A stretch of 64,000 nt of DNA from Ranitomeya imitator (Eukaryota). The notes beneath the pieces were generated by a model. That model was not told the DNA's origin and made no database searches. It saw only the letters and a program-made list of their open reading frames with translations. Location: positions 193,564,001 through 193,628,000 of the forward strand of contig NC_091288.1 in assembly GCF_032444005.1 (NCBI RefSeq), read 5' to 3'. Below, piece by piece: positions 23,565-35,545 of the stretch (the first letter of the stretch is position 1; every line of letters starts with the position of its first letter). The position numbers were made by a program, and so were the translations under genes.

Positions 23565-23943
23565 GGCTGTGTGCACACGATGCAGATTTGGTGCAGAAAA
23601 ATCTGCTGCAGTTCTGCACTAAATCTGCATCTCCTGGCAGAATCTGCAGGTGCGTTTTTTATGCGTTTTTGTGCAGAAACATGCACAAAAACGCATCAAA
23701 AACACACCTGCAGATTTCTATTATGGAGGGGTGCAGAAACGCTGCAGAACTGCACAAAAGTAGTGACATGCACTTCTTTGAAATCTGCAGCGTTTCTGCG
23801 CAGATTTTTCTGCACCATGTGCACAGCTTTTTTTTTCACATTGATTTACATTGTACTGTGATCACAGTGCTGTTCTGCAGTGTTTCTGCTGCAGAAAAAT
23901 CTGCTGCAGTTCTGCACTAAATCTGCATCGTGTGCACATACCC
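23565..23943. mobile_element. Harbinger-type MITE in H3.3 intron 2
   Basis: Long TIRs GGCTGTGTGCACACGATGCAGATTT / AAATCTGCATCGTGTGCACATACCC, TTA/TTA. Confidence 0.8.
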
Positions 23944-23984
23944 TTACAGTTCAGATATCAATGTAAACTGATTATGCATTTCTT

Positions 23985-24109
23985 ATGTGAATATTTTTCT
24001 GCCCAATGATGACCGAAGTATTCTAGGAGTGATATTATTTTCTGGTTAGCCAATAAAGGTATCACTCCTAGAATACTTCGGTCATCATTGGGCAGAAAAA
24101 TATTCACAT
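23985..24109. repeat. Perfect 50-bp inverted repeat with 25-nt spacer
   Basis: 23985-24034 is the exact reverse complement of 24060-24109. Confidence 0.95.
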
Positions 24110-24834
24110 TGATTTTTCTGGCTAACAGTACCACAATACAATTTATTGTACATCATGCATTTCTTATGTAATTGCACCCATGACCCTGACTAACCAGTCC
24201 CAATGGAGAGAGGGTCAGTGCCGGGGGTACAGAAAAAGCTCTAATCTTAACACAACACTCCATGACTGAAACCAAAACACTACAGGGGGGAATAAAGTTC
24301 ATTTTCTCCCTGCAGTGTTCAGCATGTTAGTAATGCCATTAACCTGCAGATTAAACTCATAACTGCAGGCTCATTGCATTTTTTGCTGGTGACAAGTGCT
24401 ATATGAATAAAATAAGTAGAGTTGGTTAGGTTTCCATGTTCCGTAAAGGCAGTGCTTTGGATGCAGCAAATACCTGCTCTATCCAAAGTGCTTCCAGCTT
24501 TTGTACACACAGTGATCCTGCAGGTGTTCATTGAACACATGCAGAATCACCACATCCTATACATAGGACGGTGCTATTTACCTTGTGGAGACTGAGCATC
24601 TCTTCGAGAGAAAAAAAAAAAAAAAAACACTGACTAACATCCACACATAAATCAGGTCTAAATAGGTGCTTACTAGAGTCGCCAACTCATACAACCAAAC
24701 AGATAAGGCAGCACTCTGTAGTGCTAACAAAATATGAGAATCGAATAATCGAATTACTGCACTAGAAATGTGAAAAATTGAGAAAACTTTGTGCATAGAC
24801 TGGCCAATTCATGTGTAACTGGCAGCCATGTTAA

Positions 24835-25848
24835 AGGGAAGGTACCGCGTTTGTAGGTCATTAATAAATCACTAATGTAGCATAACATGCTGCTATAAGC
24901 AAGTTTGAAATGCATGTGAAACAGATTTCATGTGTTATACGAGTTTAAAGAATGCACTGGGGGCTGACATCTTGGTTTTGCAGCAGTAGCAGGGCACTAT
25001 CAGTGTCAGATTACGGCACCCCATGGACATAGGAGATAATAGACCAGCACGGACCCTATCTGTAACATTGCAGCAGCATTAGCAGCGTGAGCTGGGTACG
25101 CCTCTGTGGGCTGCACAACTCACTGCTGTAGGTGTGACTAGCTGACATTTTATTATAGCTCTGTGCTCTCTATCACAGGACAGAAGAAGCCCTCACTGCT
25201 CCTCTGTACTCCAGGCAGGCACATCCTCTTCTCCCCACAAGCTGCCCTGTGTGCTTCTCCTGCTGTGTCTCTGCCTCCCCCTCACACACAGTCCCTGTGA
25301 TCTCCAGTAAGCTGCACTCACAGCCTGCAGAGAGGGAGGTGACACCTGAAGAGAGAGCAGGGCGGCTGACAGGACAGGGATTAAGGTGGGGGAAGGGGGA
25401 TGGCAAGAATGTTATTCACAAAAAATGCTGCTGAGCCCACTGTGTTCTGCTCCTCTAAACAAGCTGTGCCTCTGATGCAGTAACTGCTGGTGATAGCAGG
25501 TCACAGGGCAGTCACACACAAAATGGCTCTGCCCTGTGATGCTGCTCTTCATTCTTACTGTTAGCAGAAAAATTGGGGCAGTAACTGCTGACATCACCAT
25601 TTCCCTCCCCTTTTGGGTGTTCTAATATCCCTGGGGCAGAGCTGCTAAATCTTACTATAGCTGCTTGAGGTCTAAAACGGAAAATGCTCCCCCTAGTGGT
25701 GAATATGTATATTTGTAGAAAAATATATCATTTTCATATAGAAATGTTTGCAGACAGTGCAAACATTGCATTAATTCATTTTAATTACTATTTTAAGCTT
25801 AATTTCACAAAAAAAACAAAATACAAGAAAACTGGTGGCACCCTCCCT
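24835..25848. mobile_element. T2/Kolobok-type MITE (TTAA|AGGG termini)
   Basis: TTAA|AGGGAAGGTACC ... GGCACCCTCCCT|TTAA; internal CTCF-like GCTCCCCCTAGTGG (25686-25699). Confidence 0.6.
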
Positions 25849-26192
25849 TTAAGGCAGTTCTCATTTGCCAGGACCTAATGCAAATCCTCTTAGACAGTCT
25901 ACATCTCTGGGAACCCAATATGAATCCTCCCTTGGATTAAAGTCTATCTCTGGAGGGGTAGAATCCTCCTGCAATTAAAGACACCAAAGGCTAAGAGGCA
26001 GAGCTCAGTCTGAAGGCCAATACATACAAATAGCAAAAAAAAAAATCTGACACATCCAAAACAAAATCAGGTCTGAACATGGAGACTGTCAGGTTTTTTT
26101 TAAGATTTGTTTGTAGCCTTCTGAGGATTCATATTAGGTTCCCAGAGAGATGTAGACTGGCATTACGTCCTGACAAACAAGAAACCTTAAAA

Positions 26193-28089
26193 AGGGAAGG
26201 TGCCATCAATAGTATCATTTGTTTATAATTTAGTAAAATATGAAAAATAATTTTAAAAGGTTTGGCGTTTCCACTTTAAGGGTATGTTCACACGTTCCTG
26301 ATTTCCATCCTTTTTTTTTTTCAGGACTGAAACCGCAGCTCTTGGCAGAAAACGCAGGTCCTTTTTTTGTGCATTTTTTGATCCCTTTTTTTATGCAGTT
26401 TTCTATGCAGAGTCTGTGTTTTCTAGGAAGTTTTTTAGGGTTAAAATGGCTGAAAATACCCTAACCCTACCCCTAGTGGAAAAAAAAAAAAATTCTTAAT
26501 TTTTTTATTGTCCCTACCTATGGGGGTGACAAAGAGGGGGGGGGGGTGTCATTTACTATTTTTTATTTTGATCACTGAGATATAACCTCTCTCAGTGATC
26601 AAAATGCACCTTGGAACGAATCTGGCGGCACCCAGGGAGAAGACGGCCGGACGGACATCGGGAGGCCGGGTAAGTATAAGGGGGGGGGGGGGAAGGGGGG
26701 GAATTAGGGCATGGGGGGGGGCATCGGAGCACGGGGGTGGGGCATCAGGGCAGCCACACTCCGCCCACGCATTTCCGCCCGCTTCCCTGCACTTCCTGCT
26801 GCAGCGGTTCGGCACCACAAGCCGCAATAAAACCCGCAGATATATTTTTGATCTGCGGGTTTTACTGTGGGTTTGACCTCACAATGGAGGTCTATGGGTG
26901 CAGAACCGCTGCGGCTCCGAAAAAAGAAGTGACATGCTCCTTTTTTCCCGCAGCTATTCAGCGCGGCTTTTTTTTTTTTTTTTTTTTAATTCAGGATCAT
27001 GTGCACAGCGGTTCCTGTTTTCCATAGGTTACATTGTACTGTACCCTGCATGGAAAACAGCTGCGGAACCGCAGCGGCAAAAACGCTGCGGTTCCGCAGT
27101 AAAAAACGCACTGTGTGAACATGGCCTTAAACACTAGGGGGAGCAGCTACTGAAATTTCCCAAAAACCTAGTGTACAACTAGCTCACATTACTGCACTGC
27201 AGTAAATATGGGCTGAATGCTGACATCACTCCTCTCCTCCCCTTCTGGGTGTTTGCTAAGAGATGAGAGGATGACATTTAGGAACACAGCAAGGAGCCAT
27301 TTCATTGGCGATTGCAAAGTTATACTGACAAGTAGAGTCACCAAGAATGGCAGGCAGCAAGGATTCTGTTAGTTGGTGCAGCTCGCTGTATCAAGCAGAC
27401 ATGCAGGAGGGAGAAGCGTGCATAGGAAGGAGAGCAACCAGGCACAGGGGAGATAGACATGGTAGGTGATAGATATTATATAAAACACATATATACGGCA
27501 TATATAAAGGCAGGTGAATGGGGGAAAAAGAAAAAAAACTTTCCTTCCGTCCCAGGAAGTGCTGCATCCTCTTCAGAGCAGTGCAAGGATCTCCCTGCTG
27601 TGCTTGGAGCAGGTCAGCAGTGATTGCAGCCTGTACTGTAATACCAGTTACAGGCCAAGAGCACTGCTCCCTGCTACAGATACTTAACCCAGATCCTCAT
27701 TTCCCAGCAGCTCCTGTCATTGCACACAGTGAGCAGTATGCAGTGACAGGGGAAAATAAAGCACACAGCATACTATGTGGGCTACAACAAAGTGGCCTTG
27801 ATATCCTCCCACAGCTGTGATCTGGACAGCCCAGTGGGCATGCCCAGGTCACAGCTAAGAGGCAGGAGGAGCAGCCATAGAGATTTGGTCAGAGTCCAAC
27901 TGCAGTCTCATGGCTGCTGAGAGGTGTGCAAGTCTCGTGCCCAGACACTTACGCCCACACTAAAAATTGCAGCCTCAAGTTGCTAAAGTAAAAGTTAACT
28001 AATAAGACTATGAAAGTAGTTCATTAAATTTTGTATTAAAAGTGACCAAAAATTATTAATACATAAATTAAAGTCACAGCACCTTCCCT
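26193..28089. mobile_element. T2/Kolobok-type MITE with nested Harbinger MITE
   Basis: AGGGAAGGTGCC ... GCACCTTCCCT termini; interrupted by 26280-27126. Confidence 0.5.
26280..27126. mobile_element. Harbinger-type MITE, inverted sister of 814-1954
   Basis: GGGTATGTTCACAC ... GTGTGAACATGGCC; reverse-complement homology to 814-1954 but lacking its YY1/NRF1 segment; flanks TAA/TTA. Confidence 0.85.
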
Positions 28090-28466
28090 TTACAGTGGCT
28101 GCCAGGTACACATGAACTGGCCATTTTAGGTGTTAAGCTTTCTTAATTTTTCATATTTCTAGTGCAGTGATGCAATTCAATCATCATTTTATGTTAGCAT
28201 GATATAGTGCTACAGAGTGCCACCTTATCTGTTTGGTTCCACAATATAAATAGACATGCTGCGGTCTATAGACACACACATGAGTATATGCAAGTCTGCC
28301 ACCTGCATCTGAACGCATAGTGGAGAGGAGATTTCATAAAATCCCATCCACTATGCTGTAACATCTGGATGTTGCAGCTGTACGCAGCATCCAATCTGCA
28401 GCAAATACTGAACGTGGAAACATACCCTAAACGCTCAACGCTTACGACTAATATTTTTATCCATTA

Positions 28467-28598
<132 letters not shown>

Positions 28599-31530
28599 TT
28601 AGGAATGTGATCTAAAGCAAAAAAATAAAGTTTTCTTCAATGTTAATTTTTAAAGTCAACCTTATCCTCATTAGAAGGCATTTTAGTTTGGTGATATTTT
28701 AGTTAGTATTAAACGGTTATTCTCTACTGCAACAAATTTGCATTTAGAAGACAAGATTACTGGCGACAACCTAAAGATTCAGTAACTGCAGATCTAGAGG
28801 CTGAACACAACTGGTTATAAGCAATGAAAGATGTGGGCAGCTGCACATCTGACCCGAAGAGACCCCTGCAGGAGAAGTGTAGAATTACATTTGAATTAAG
28901 AGTCTGGAGCAGAGTATGACAGGCATATGCACTGCAGCATCAACAGCAGATTGATTCTGTGGATAAGTAAAAAAATTAAAAAAGACACAGGATCACTATT
29001 CTAGTGAGATCTTATTAAAGTCATTGTGGAAGCCAATAGTGTCCTCCGCTTGGGGCCAGTGTACAAAGTGGCTGCAAAGACCATTTCACATCAAGAAATT
29101 GGAGATAAGTCACATAGGGAATAAACAATAAAATTGGATGTCAGCCTAGTGACACATGACATTTTAAGGATAAGTGTAAGGGGACAGATTACCCTGGAGT
29201 GGTACAGCACAAAATCTGAATGTATCCTATAGATTCTGCCACCTCTTACACCAATTGCTTACTGTCAAGAGCTCCTTTTCACTTAAAAAAAAAAAAAATT
29301 CCTCTGCTTGTCTCTAAATTGCATATACTTGGAATAAGCAATCAGATCAGTGATCACTTCTGGCAGAGTCCTAATAAACTGAAGAAACTGATCAGTGACC
29401 ACACTGGTACTGTAGCTCACCTGTTATTTCTGGAGCTACACTGAGTAGTAAACTGGAACCTGGCACTGTCCATAAGAATAAAGCCACTGGGCGCAAGCCA
29501 AAGAGAACAAGGGTTTAACCATTTAAGTTAAATGAAGAATGAATTTGAGTGGAAGCTGATGTGCAGTGGCTGAGAACAGCAACTAAACCCTGTAAACAGT
29601 GTGGGGTAACATCGCCCCTCCAGAAAATCAGCTGTAAGATCCGAGGACCTCTAGGGCAGGCCATATAAAATAGTGGAAAACCCATTATACAACATCACCT
29701 TATCTGCCAATTGTAGAAACCCACTTTAAGATGGAGGCAAAAAAAATAAAAAAACGCATGTATCAAATACATAGTTGAAATTGTGCACCCAGTATGTTCA
29801 CCTGAAATGCTGTAGCTGCATACTTCTCACCTCCCATGTAGTTATGACAAGGAGCCCAATCAGCACTGGTGTCACTGTCCCACCTTCGGATGTATATGCA
29901 ATAGAGGAAATGGGAGGTATGGCCGTCCTCGCTTCCCCTTGATTACCAATACGTCCAAAAGAAGAGTGACCAGCACCGACTGGGCATTTGGCTCATGTGA
30001 GTCACTGTCACCACACAAATTGAACATGGACGGGAAGCCAGGGGGCCAGCTCATCCTGGATTTCCCCTTCATTTTGAGTTCAGCAACACCAGCGCTTATT
30101 AGGGGATGGGCATCACATGTTCCACCGCATCACAGCCCCAGGACCGTGAGTGATGACACTGCCGAAACAGAGCCAGCACAGGAGGAGGAGTATAGGCTTT
30201 ACTACTTTATTGGGACAAACATTTAGCTTAAGAAGACGTGGTTATCCTGGTAGTGGACAACCCCTTTAAAACATGTTCTCTGAAATGTAGTAGTGTCTGC
30301 ATGAAACATACAGATATTGACTGCGCTGCTGTAGAAATCACAATCCCAGTATATGGATAAAGAAATTGGTATTATATTCACACAAGAATATTGAGAAAAT
30401 AGTGAATAAAATAGCATTTTCTTTATCCATAAACTGGGATTGTGATTTCTACAGCAGAGTGGTCAATATCCACGTTACCTTCTATCTGCTATTGTGAATT
30501 GGTCTAATGGTTTGACCTGTGGATCTGCAGCAGCTGTTGGCTCAGAGTCCTATGGGCTTTTATAATATGGAAGACTAGGTGAGTGCAAACTGATATTTTG
30601 ACACCATTATCAGCTAAGACCTCATTTGCACTTTTTCTCCTAGTGTTCTATGGAACATACATGGCAGATATCATGCAGCTTGTCTGATGGTACATTGTGT
30701 CTGAATTGGGCAGGATGTATCAGCCACCAGGTTCCCCTAGTATGCGTGACATCAGAAATCTTCATATTAACGTATTGGGGGCCTTTTAGGAACCCATGCA
30801 AATCATATGGAAAAACACTTATAACTTTAACAAGTTTATTTTAAAACGGCTAAATAAAATTTGTAAACAATTTTAGTTATAATTTTTCAACGAACACCAA
30901 ACATTTTTTCAAACATATGAAAAATAAAAAAAAATAAAAACAAAAAATCACAGAAATCTATACCAAAATAGCTGCAGCTACATTTCTATTGTTTCTTTTC
31001 TATTATATTAGTCTTCAAAACAATTTTGACAAGTTATTTTTTCGGAAGAATGTTCCTTGCAGACATTTTCCTTAAAATTGAACAAACTCTGTTTTCCTTT
31101 CTATGTTTCTTGGACACATGAAACCGCGCTCTCTTTTTCTCTCCTGGCCCTGAAATCATCTGAAACTGTACGCCACACTGTTTCATTGCTTTAGTTTGCT
31201 TTAGCAAGCCTTTCACATTGCTTCGCTGTATCATGTGAGTGCATTACAAGTTCATGACAAAGGGCCTTCAAAAATAGGAGTCTCCTGTCCTTCCTCCGTG
31301 CATGGAATTCTGGATGAGTTTTTTTGAATGAATGAATGGCTGCTGCATCAAGCATATTAGAAAAAAAAAAAAAAAAGTACTACAGGCCATCGTTTTGTTT
31401 GCCTCTTGCATGAATATTCTCCCACCATCTCATCCATTTTCTGTACACCTTTTGTTTTATTGTAATGCAGGATGATTTCTGGTTTTAATTTTCTGTTAAT
31501 ACTGCAATTGTGATGCATGGTACTGAGTAA

Positions 31531-31794
31531 GGCTACGTTCACATTAGCGTTTTGCGTATTTGCGTCGGGTGACGCATGCGTCATGCGCCCCTGTATTTAA
31601 CATGGGGGACGCATGGACATGCGTTGTGCGATGCATGCATATTTTTTGCCGCAAGCGTCGGGCGCAGAAAACGCAACAAGTTGCATTTTTCTTGCGTCCA
31701 AATTTCGGCAAAAAACGACACATGCGTCGCAAAACGCAGCGTTTTTATTTGCGTTGCCGACGCAGTGGCGCACAACGCAAATGTGAACGTAGCC
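31531..31794. mobile_element. Harbinger-type MITE inserted in the piggyBac pseudogene
   Basis: GGCTACGTTCACATT / AATGTGAACGTAGCC; removing it plus one TAA restores KSVIL-LSTMH. Confidence 0.9.
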
Positions 31795-32820
31795 TAAAAT
31801 CACTGATTTCTCCTTCGCTTTGCAAGATACCAAAGTCACTTTGTTATTGAATCCAAAGACACTCAAAGTGCTCGCTGACGATTGTGTTTCAGTGCTTCTG
31901 GAATTTCTCATCGGTTTGGCTTGATAGTACCAATAAGTGTAATAGCTTTTTGAAGCAGAAAATTGCCTAGTTCAACATTGGTGAAATAACTGTCCATGGT
32001 AATGTTTATACCTGAATTGAATATTGACAATGTTAGACCGCAGATCCTTCTGTACTGGTGCACCAACCTTTGCTACAGTAGATTATGCCATTTATGCCAT
32101 AATAATTTGCAGAATCACACATCCAGAAGATTTTGATTCCATATTTGGCTGGCTTGCTGGGCATTGTATGAACTTGCAGCATCCTCTGAACGGTACAAGT
32201 CGCTCATCTACTGTAACATTAGTACTAGGATTGTAAAGTTTGGTGCAATTTTTGATAAATATGTTCCAGATATAACCGATAGGGGCTAATCTGTTTCAAA
32301 CCTCAATGCACGTGTTCGCTTATCAAATAGAGTGTCTTCTAATTTCCTCATATCTGTCCACTGACATTGTCGCCTTATAGTGTGGATCAGAAAATTGGTC
32401 CAGAAATAATTCTTGTATTGGATCATCATATGATTTTGACACCCTGCCAGCTATAAAAGTCCAATGTATGCATAAAGTTCCTCTTTTGAGATATTTTTCC
32501 AGGACTTATTTTTTGCAGAAGCGATACATCTTCCTTCTAGGTTTGAACATAAAAGGACCTCTTCTGCAATATTGTCCAAAAAAAATGGAAAGTATGTCTT
32601 TAGGGGAAAAGTAACTGGGACTTCCCACAGCTCCTTGAGTCTGTCTCGCAATATTATGGATTGCAGTACATACAACTAATGTAGGATTACTGTCCCAAAA
32701 AACATTCGTTTTGGATGTTCTACTTGTCACTTCTTGAGGATCCACTATATTCACTTCATCAGAAGAATCACTTGAGGATGTCATTCTCTGGTGGCAGGTA
32801 CTTGTCATCGGACAAAGTTA

Positions 32821-33527
32821 AGGTACCTTCACACAACGATATCGTTGCTTTTTGTGACGTAGCAACGATATCGTTAATGAAATCGTTATGTGTGACAGCG
32901 ACCAACGATCAGGCCCCTGCTGGGAGATCGTTGGTCGCTGAATAAAGTCCAGAACTTTATTTCGTCGCTGGACTCCTGCTGACATCGCTGGATCGGCGTG
33001 TGCGACACCGATCCAGCGATGTCTTCACTGGTAACCAGGGTAAACATCGGGTAACTAAGCGCAGGGCTGCGCTTAGTAACCTGATGGTTACCATCCTAAA
33101 AGTAATAAAACAGTACATACTTACCTACAGCCGTCTGTCCTCCAGCGCTGTGCTCTGCACTCCTCCTGTACTGGCTGTGAGCGTCGGTCAGCCGGAAAGC
33201 AGAGCGGTGACGTCACTGCTCTGCTTTCCGGCCGCTGTGCTCACACAGACAGTACAGGAGGAGTGCAGAGCACAGCGCTGGAGGACAGACGGCTGTAGGT
33301 AAGTATGTACTGTTTGTTTTTTTTACTTTTAGGATGGTAACCAGGGTAAACATCGGGTTACTAAGCGCAGCCCTGCGCTTAGTTACCCGATGTTTACCCT
33401 GGTTACCGGCATCGTTGGTCGCTGGAGAGCGGTCTGTGTGACAGCTCTCCAGCGACCAAACAGCAACGCTGCAGCGATCCGGATCGTTGTCGGAATCGCT
33501 GCAGCGTCGCTTAATGTGAAGGGGCCT
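32821..33527. mobile_element. AGGTACC-family Harbinger-type MITE
   Basis: AGGTACCTTCACAC ... ATGTGAAGGGGCCT, TTA/TTA; internal nested inverted arms. Confidence 0.85.
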
Positions 33528-33594
33528 TTAGTTCACTTTCATCATCACTTTGAAACACAATTGCATCAATCTCTTCGTCAGATGCTTGGAGGAA

Positions 33595-33855
33595 AGGTAC
33601 CTTCACACAACAATTTCGTTAAGGATATCGTTGCAACGTAGCAACGATCCTGCTAACGATATCTTTATGTGTGACAGCGACCAACGATCAGGCCCCTGCT
33701 GGGAGATCGTTGGTCGTGGGGGAATGATCAGGACCTTTTTATGGTCGCTGGATCACCCGCTGTCATCGCTGGATCGGCTTTGTGATGCCCATCCAGCGAT
33801 GTGTTCACCTGTAACCAGGGTAAACATTGGGTTACTGAGTGCAGGGCCGTGCCAT

Positions 33856-33888
<33 letters not shown>

Positions 33889-33890
33889 TA
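33595..33890. mobile_element. Truncated AGGTACC-family MITE
   Basis: Left terminus and arm homologous to 32821 and 34436; ends in an A-run. Confidence 0.7.
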
Positions 33891-33980
33891 TATATATTCT
33901 GCACAGATGTGGTTTTCACCAAAAAAGCATTGTTACACTGAAATGCCTATGAAAAAAATTATATGAACTGGATATTATAG

Positions 33981-34063
33981 GGCAGCACGGTGGTGCAGTG
34001 GTTAGTACTGCAGCCTTGCAGTGCTGGAGTCCTGGGTTCTAATCCCACCCAGGACAACATCTG
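33981..34063 (+). mobile_element. tRNA-derived SINE head (V-SINE-like), truncated
   Basis: A box TGGTGCAGTGG (33991-34001), B box GGTTCTAATCC (34035-34045), followed by AGGACAACATCTG. Confidence 0.75.
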
Positions 34064-34130
34064 AAATAAAAAATAAGGAATTCACACCCCTACTTTATGA
34101 CAAAGCCAGCACCAGTTTTCCCCACTCTAA

Positions 34131-34432
34131 GGCTATGTGCACACAATGCGGATTCCACTGCAGATTTTTCCGCAGCGGAATTCCAAAATCCGCAGTGAAA
34201 ACCAGTCAGGGTTTTTCCTGCGGTTTCTTATGCAGATTTTTATCTGCAGTTTCTTATTGGAGCAGGTGAAAATCAGCAGAAAAGTAGTGACATGCTGTGG
34301 AATGTAGTCAGCAGCGTTTCTGCGCGTTTTTTTCCGCAGCGTTTTTTGTTTCCCATAGGTTTACATTGCACTGTAAACTCATGGGAAACTGCTGCGGATC
34401 CGCAGCAAAATCCGCAAAGTGTGAACATAGCC
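34131..34432. mobile_element. Harbinger-type MITE
   Basis: GGCTATGTGCACAC / GTGTGAACATAGCC, TAA/TAA. Confidence 0.75.
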
Positions 34433-34435
34433 TAA

Positions 34436-35231
34436 AGGTACCTTCACACAACGATTTTGTTAACTATCATTGCAACGTCACGCTTTTGGTGACGTAGCAA
34501 CGATCCCACTAACGATCTCGTTATGTGTGACAGTGACCAACGATCAGGCCCCTGCTGGGAGGTCATTGGGGAATGATCAGGGCATTTTTTTGGTCGCTGA
34601 TCACCCGCTGTCATCGCTGGATCGGCGTGTGACGCCGATCCAGCGATGTGTTCACTTGTAACCAGGGTAAATATCAGGTTACTAAGCGCAGGGCCGCGCT
34701 TAGTAACCCGATATTTACTCTGGTTACCATTGTAAAAGTAAAAAAAAAAAAACCAGTACATACTCACATTTCGATGTCTTTCACGTTCCCCGTCAGCTTC
34801 CCTGCACTGACTGTCAGCGCCGGCCGTAAAGCAGAGCACAGCGGTGACGTCACCGCTGTGCTCTGCTTTATGGCCGGCGCTGACAGTCAGTGCAGGAAGC
34901 TGACGGCGGGGGACGTGACAGACACTCACATTCCGATATGTACTGTTTTGTTTGTTTTTTTTAACTTTCACAATGGTAACCAGAGTAAATATCGGGTTAC
35001 TAAGCGCGGCCGTGCACTTATTAACCCGATGTTTACCCTGGTTACCAGGGGACTTCGGCATCATTGAAGACAGTTTCAACGATGCAGAAGTCGTTCCCCT
35101 GATCGTTGGTCGCTGGAGAGAGCCATCAGTGTGACAGCTCCCCAGCGACCACACAACGACTTACCAATGATCACGGCCAGGTTGTATCGCTGGTCGTGAT
35201 CGTTGGCAAGTCGTTTAGTGTAACGGTACCT
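34436..35231. mobile_element. AGGTACC-family MITE
   Basis: AGGTACCTTCACAC / GTGTAACGGTACCT; flanks TAA/TTA. Confidence 0.8.
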
Positions 35232-35545
35232 TTAAAGTACTGGTTCTCTCTACTTGGTATCCAGAGGTTTTAGACAAATAAAAAAAAAACTCCTAGTCTG
35301 CAGCAATGATTTCAATTTGATACATTTTTGCACATTATTAACACTAGGACTACTGGACTCGTGACCCCGCCTAGAACTACTGAAAGGAGTCATTTTGACT
35401 CCTTGCTTGTTTTTGTTTATTTTTAGAGTTTCATTTGTGGTTATTTATTAATAATTATATTTTTTGTAATGTATTATTATTGTGAGATCCAACAGTAATG
35501 CTTTTGATTGTTTTTTTTCTGCTTTTCTTATTTTTCTACAGAAAA

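Larger units (their letters stand above)
30990..33594 (-). pseudogene. Decayed piggyBac (PGBD4-like) transposase, interrupted by two MITEs
   Basis: Fragments TVDERLVPFRG, PSKPAKYGIKIFWMCDS, ITMDSYF, KSVILLSTMH, KPEIILHYNKTKG, RQTKRWP and a Cys-rich tail; several frameshifts and stops. Confidence 0.88.

Noticed and set aside
29870-30230. Faint PGBD4-like wording (CES...HK...GK)
   Set aside because: Too weak and frameshifted to support a call.
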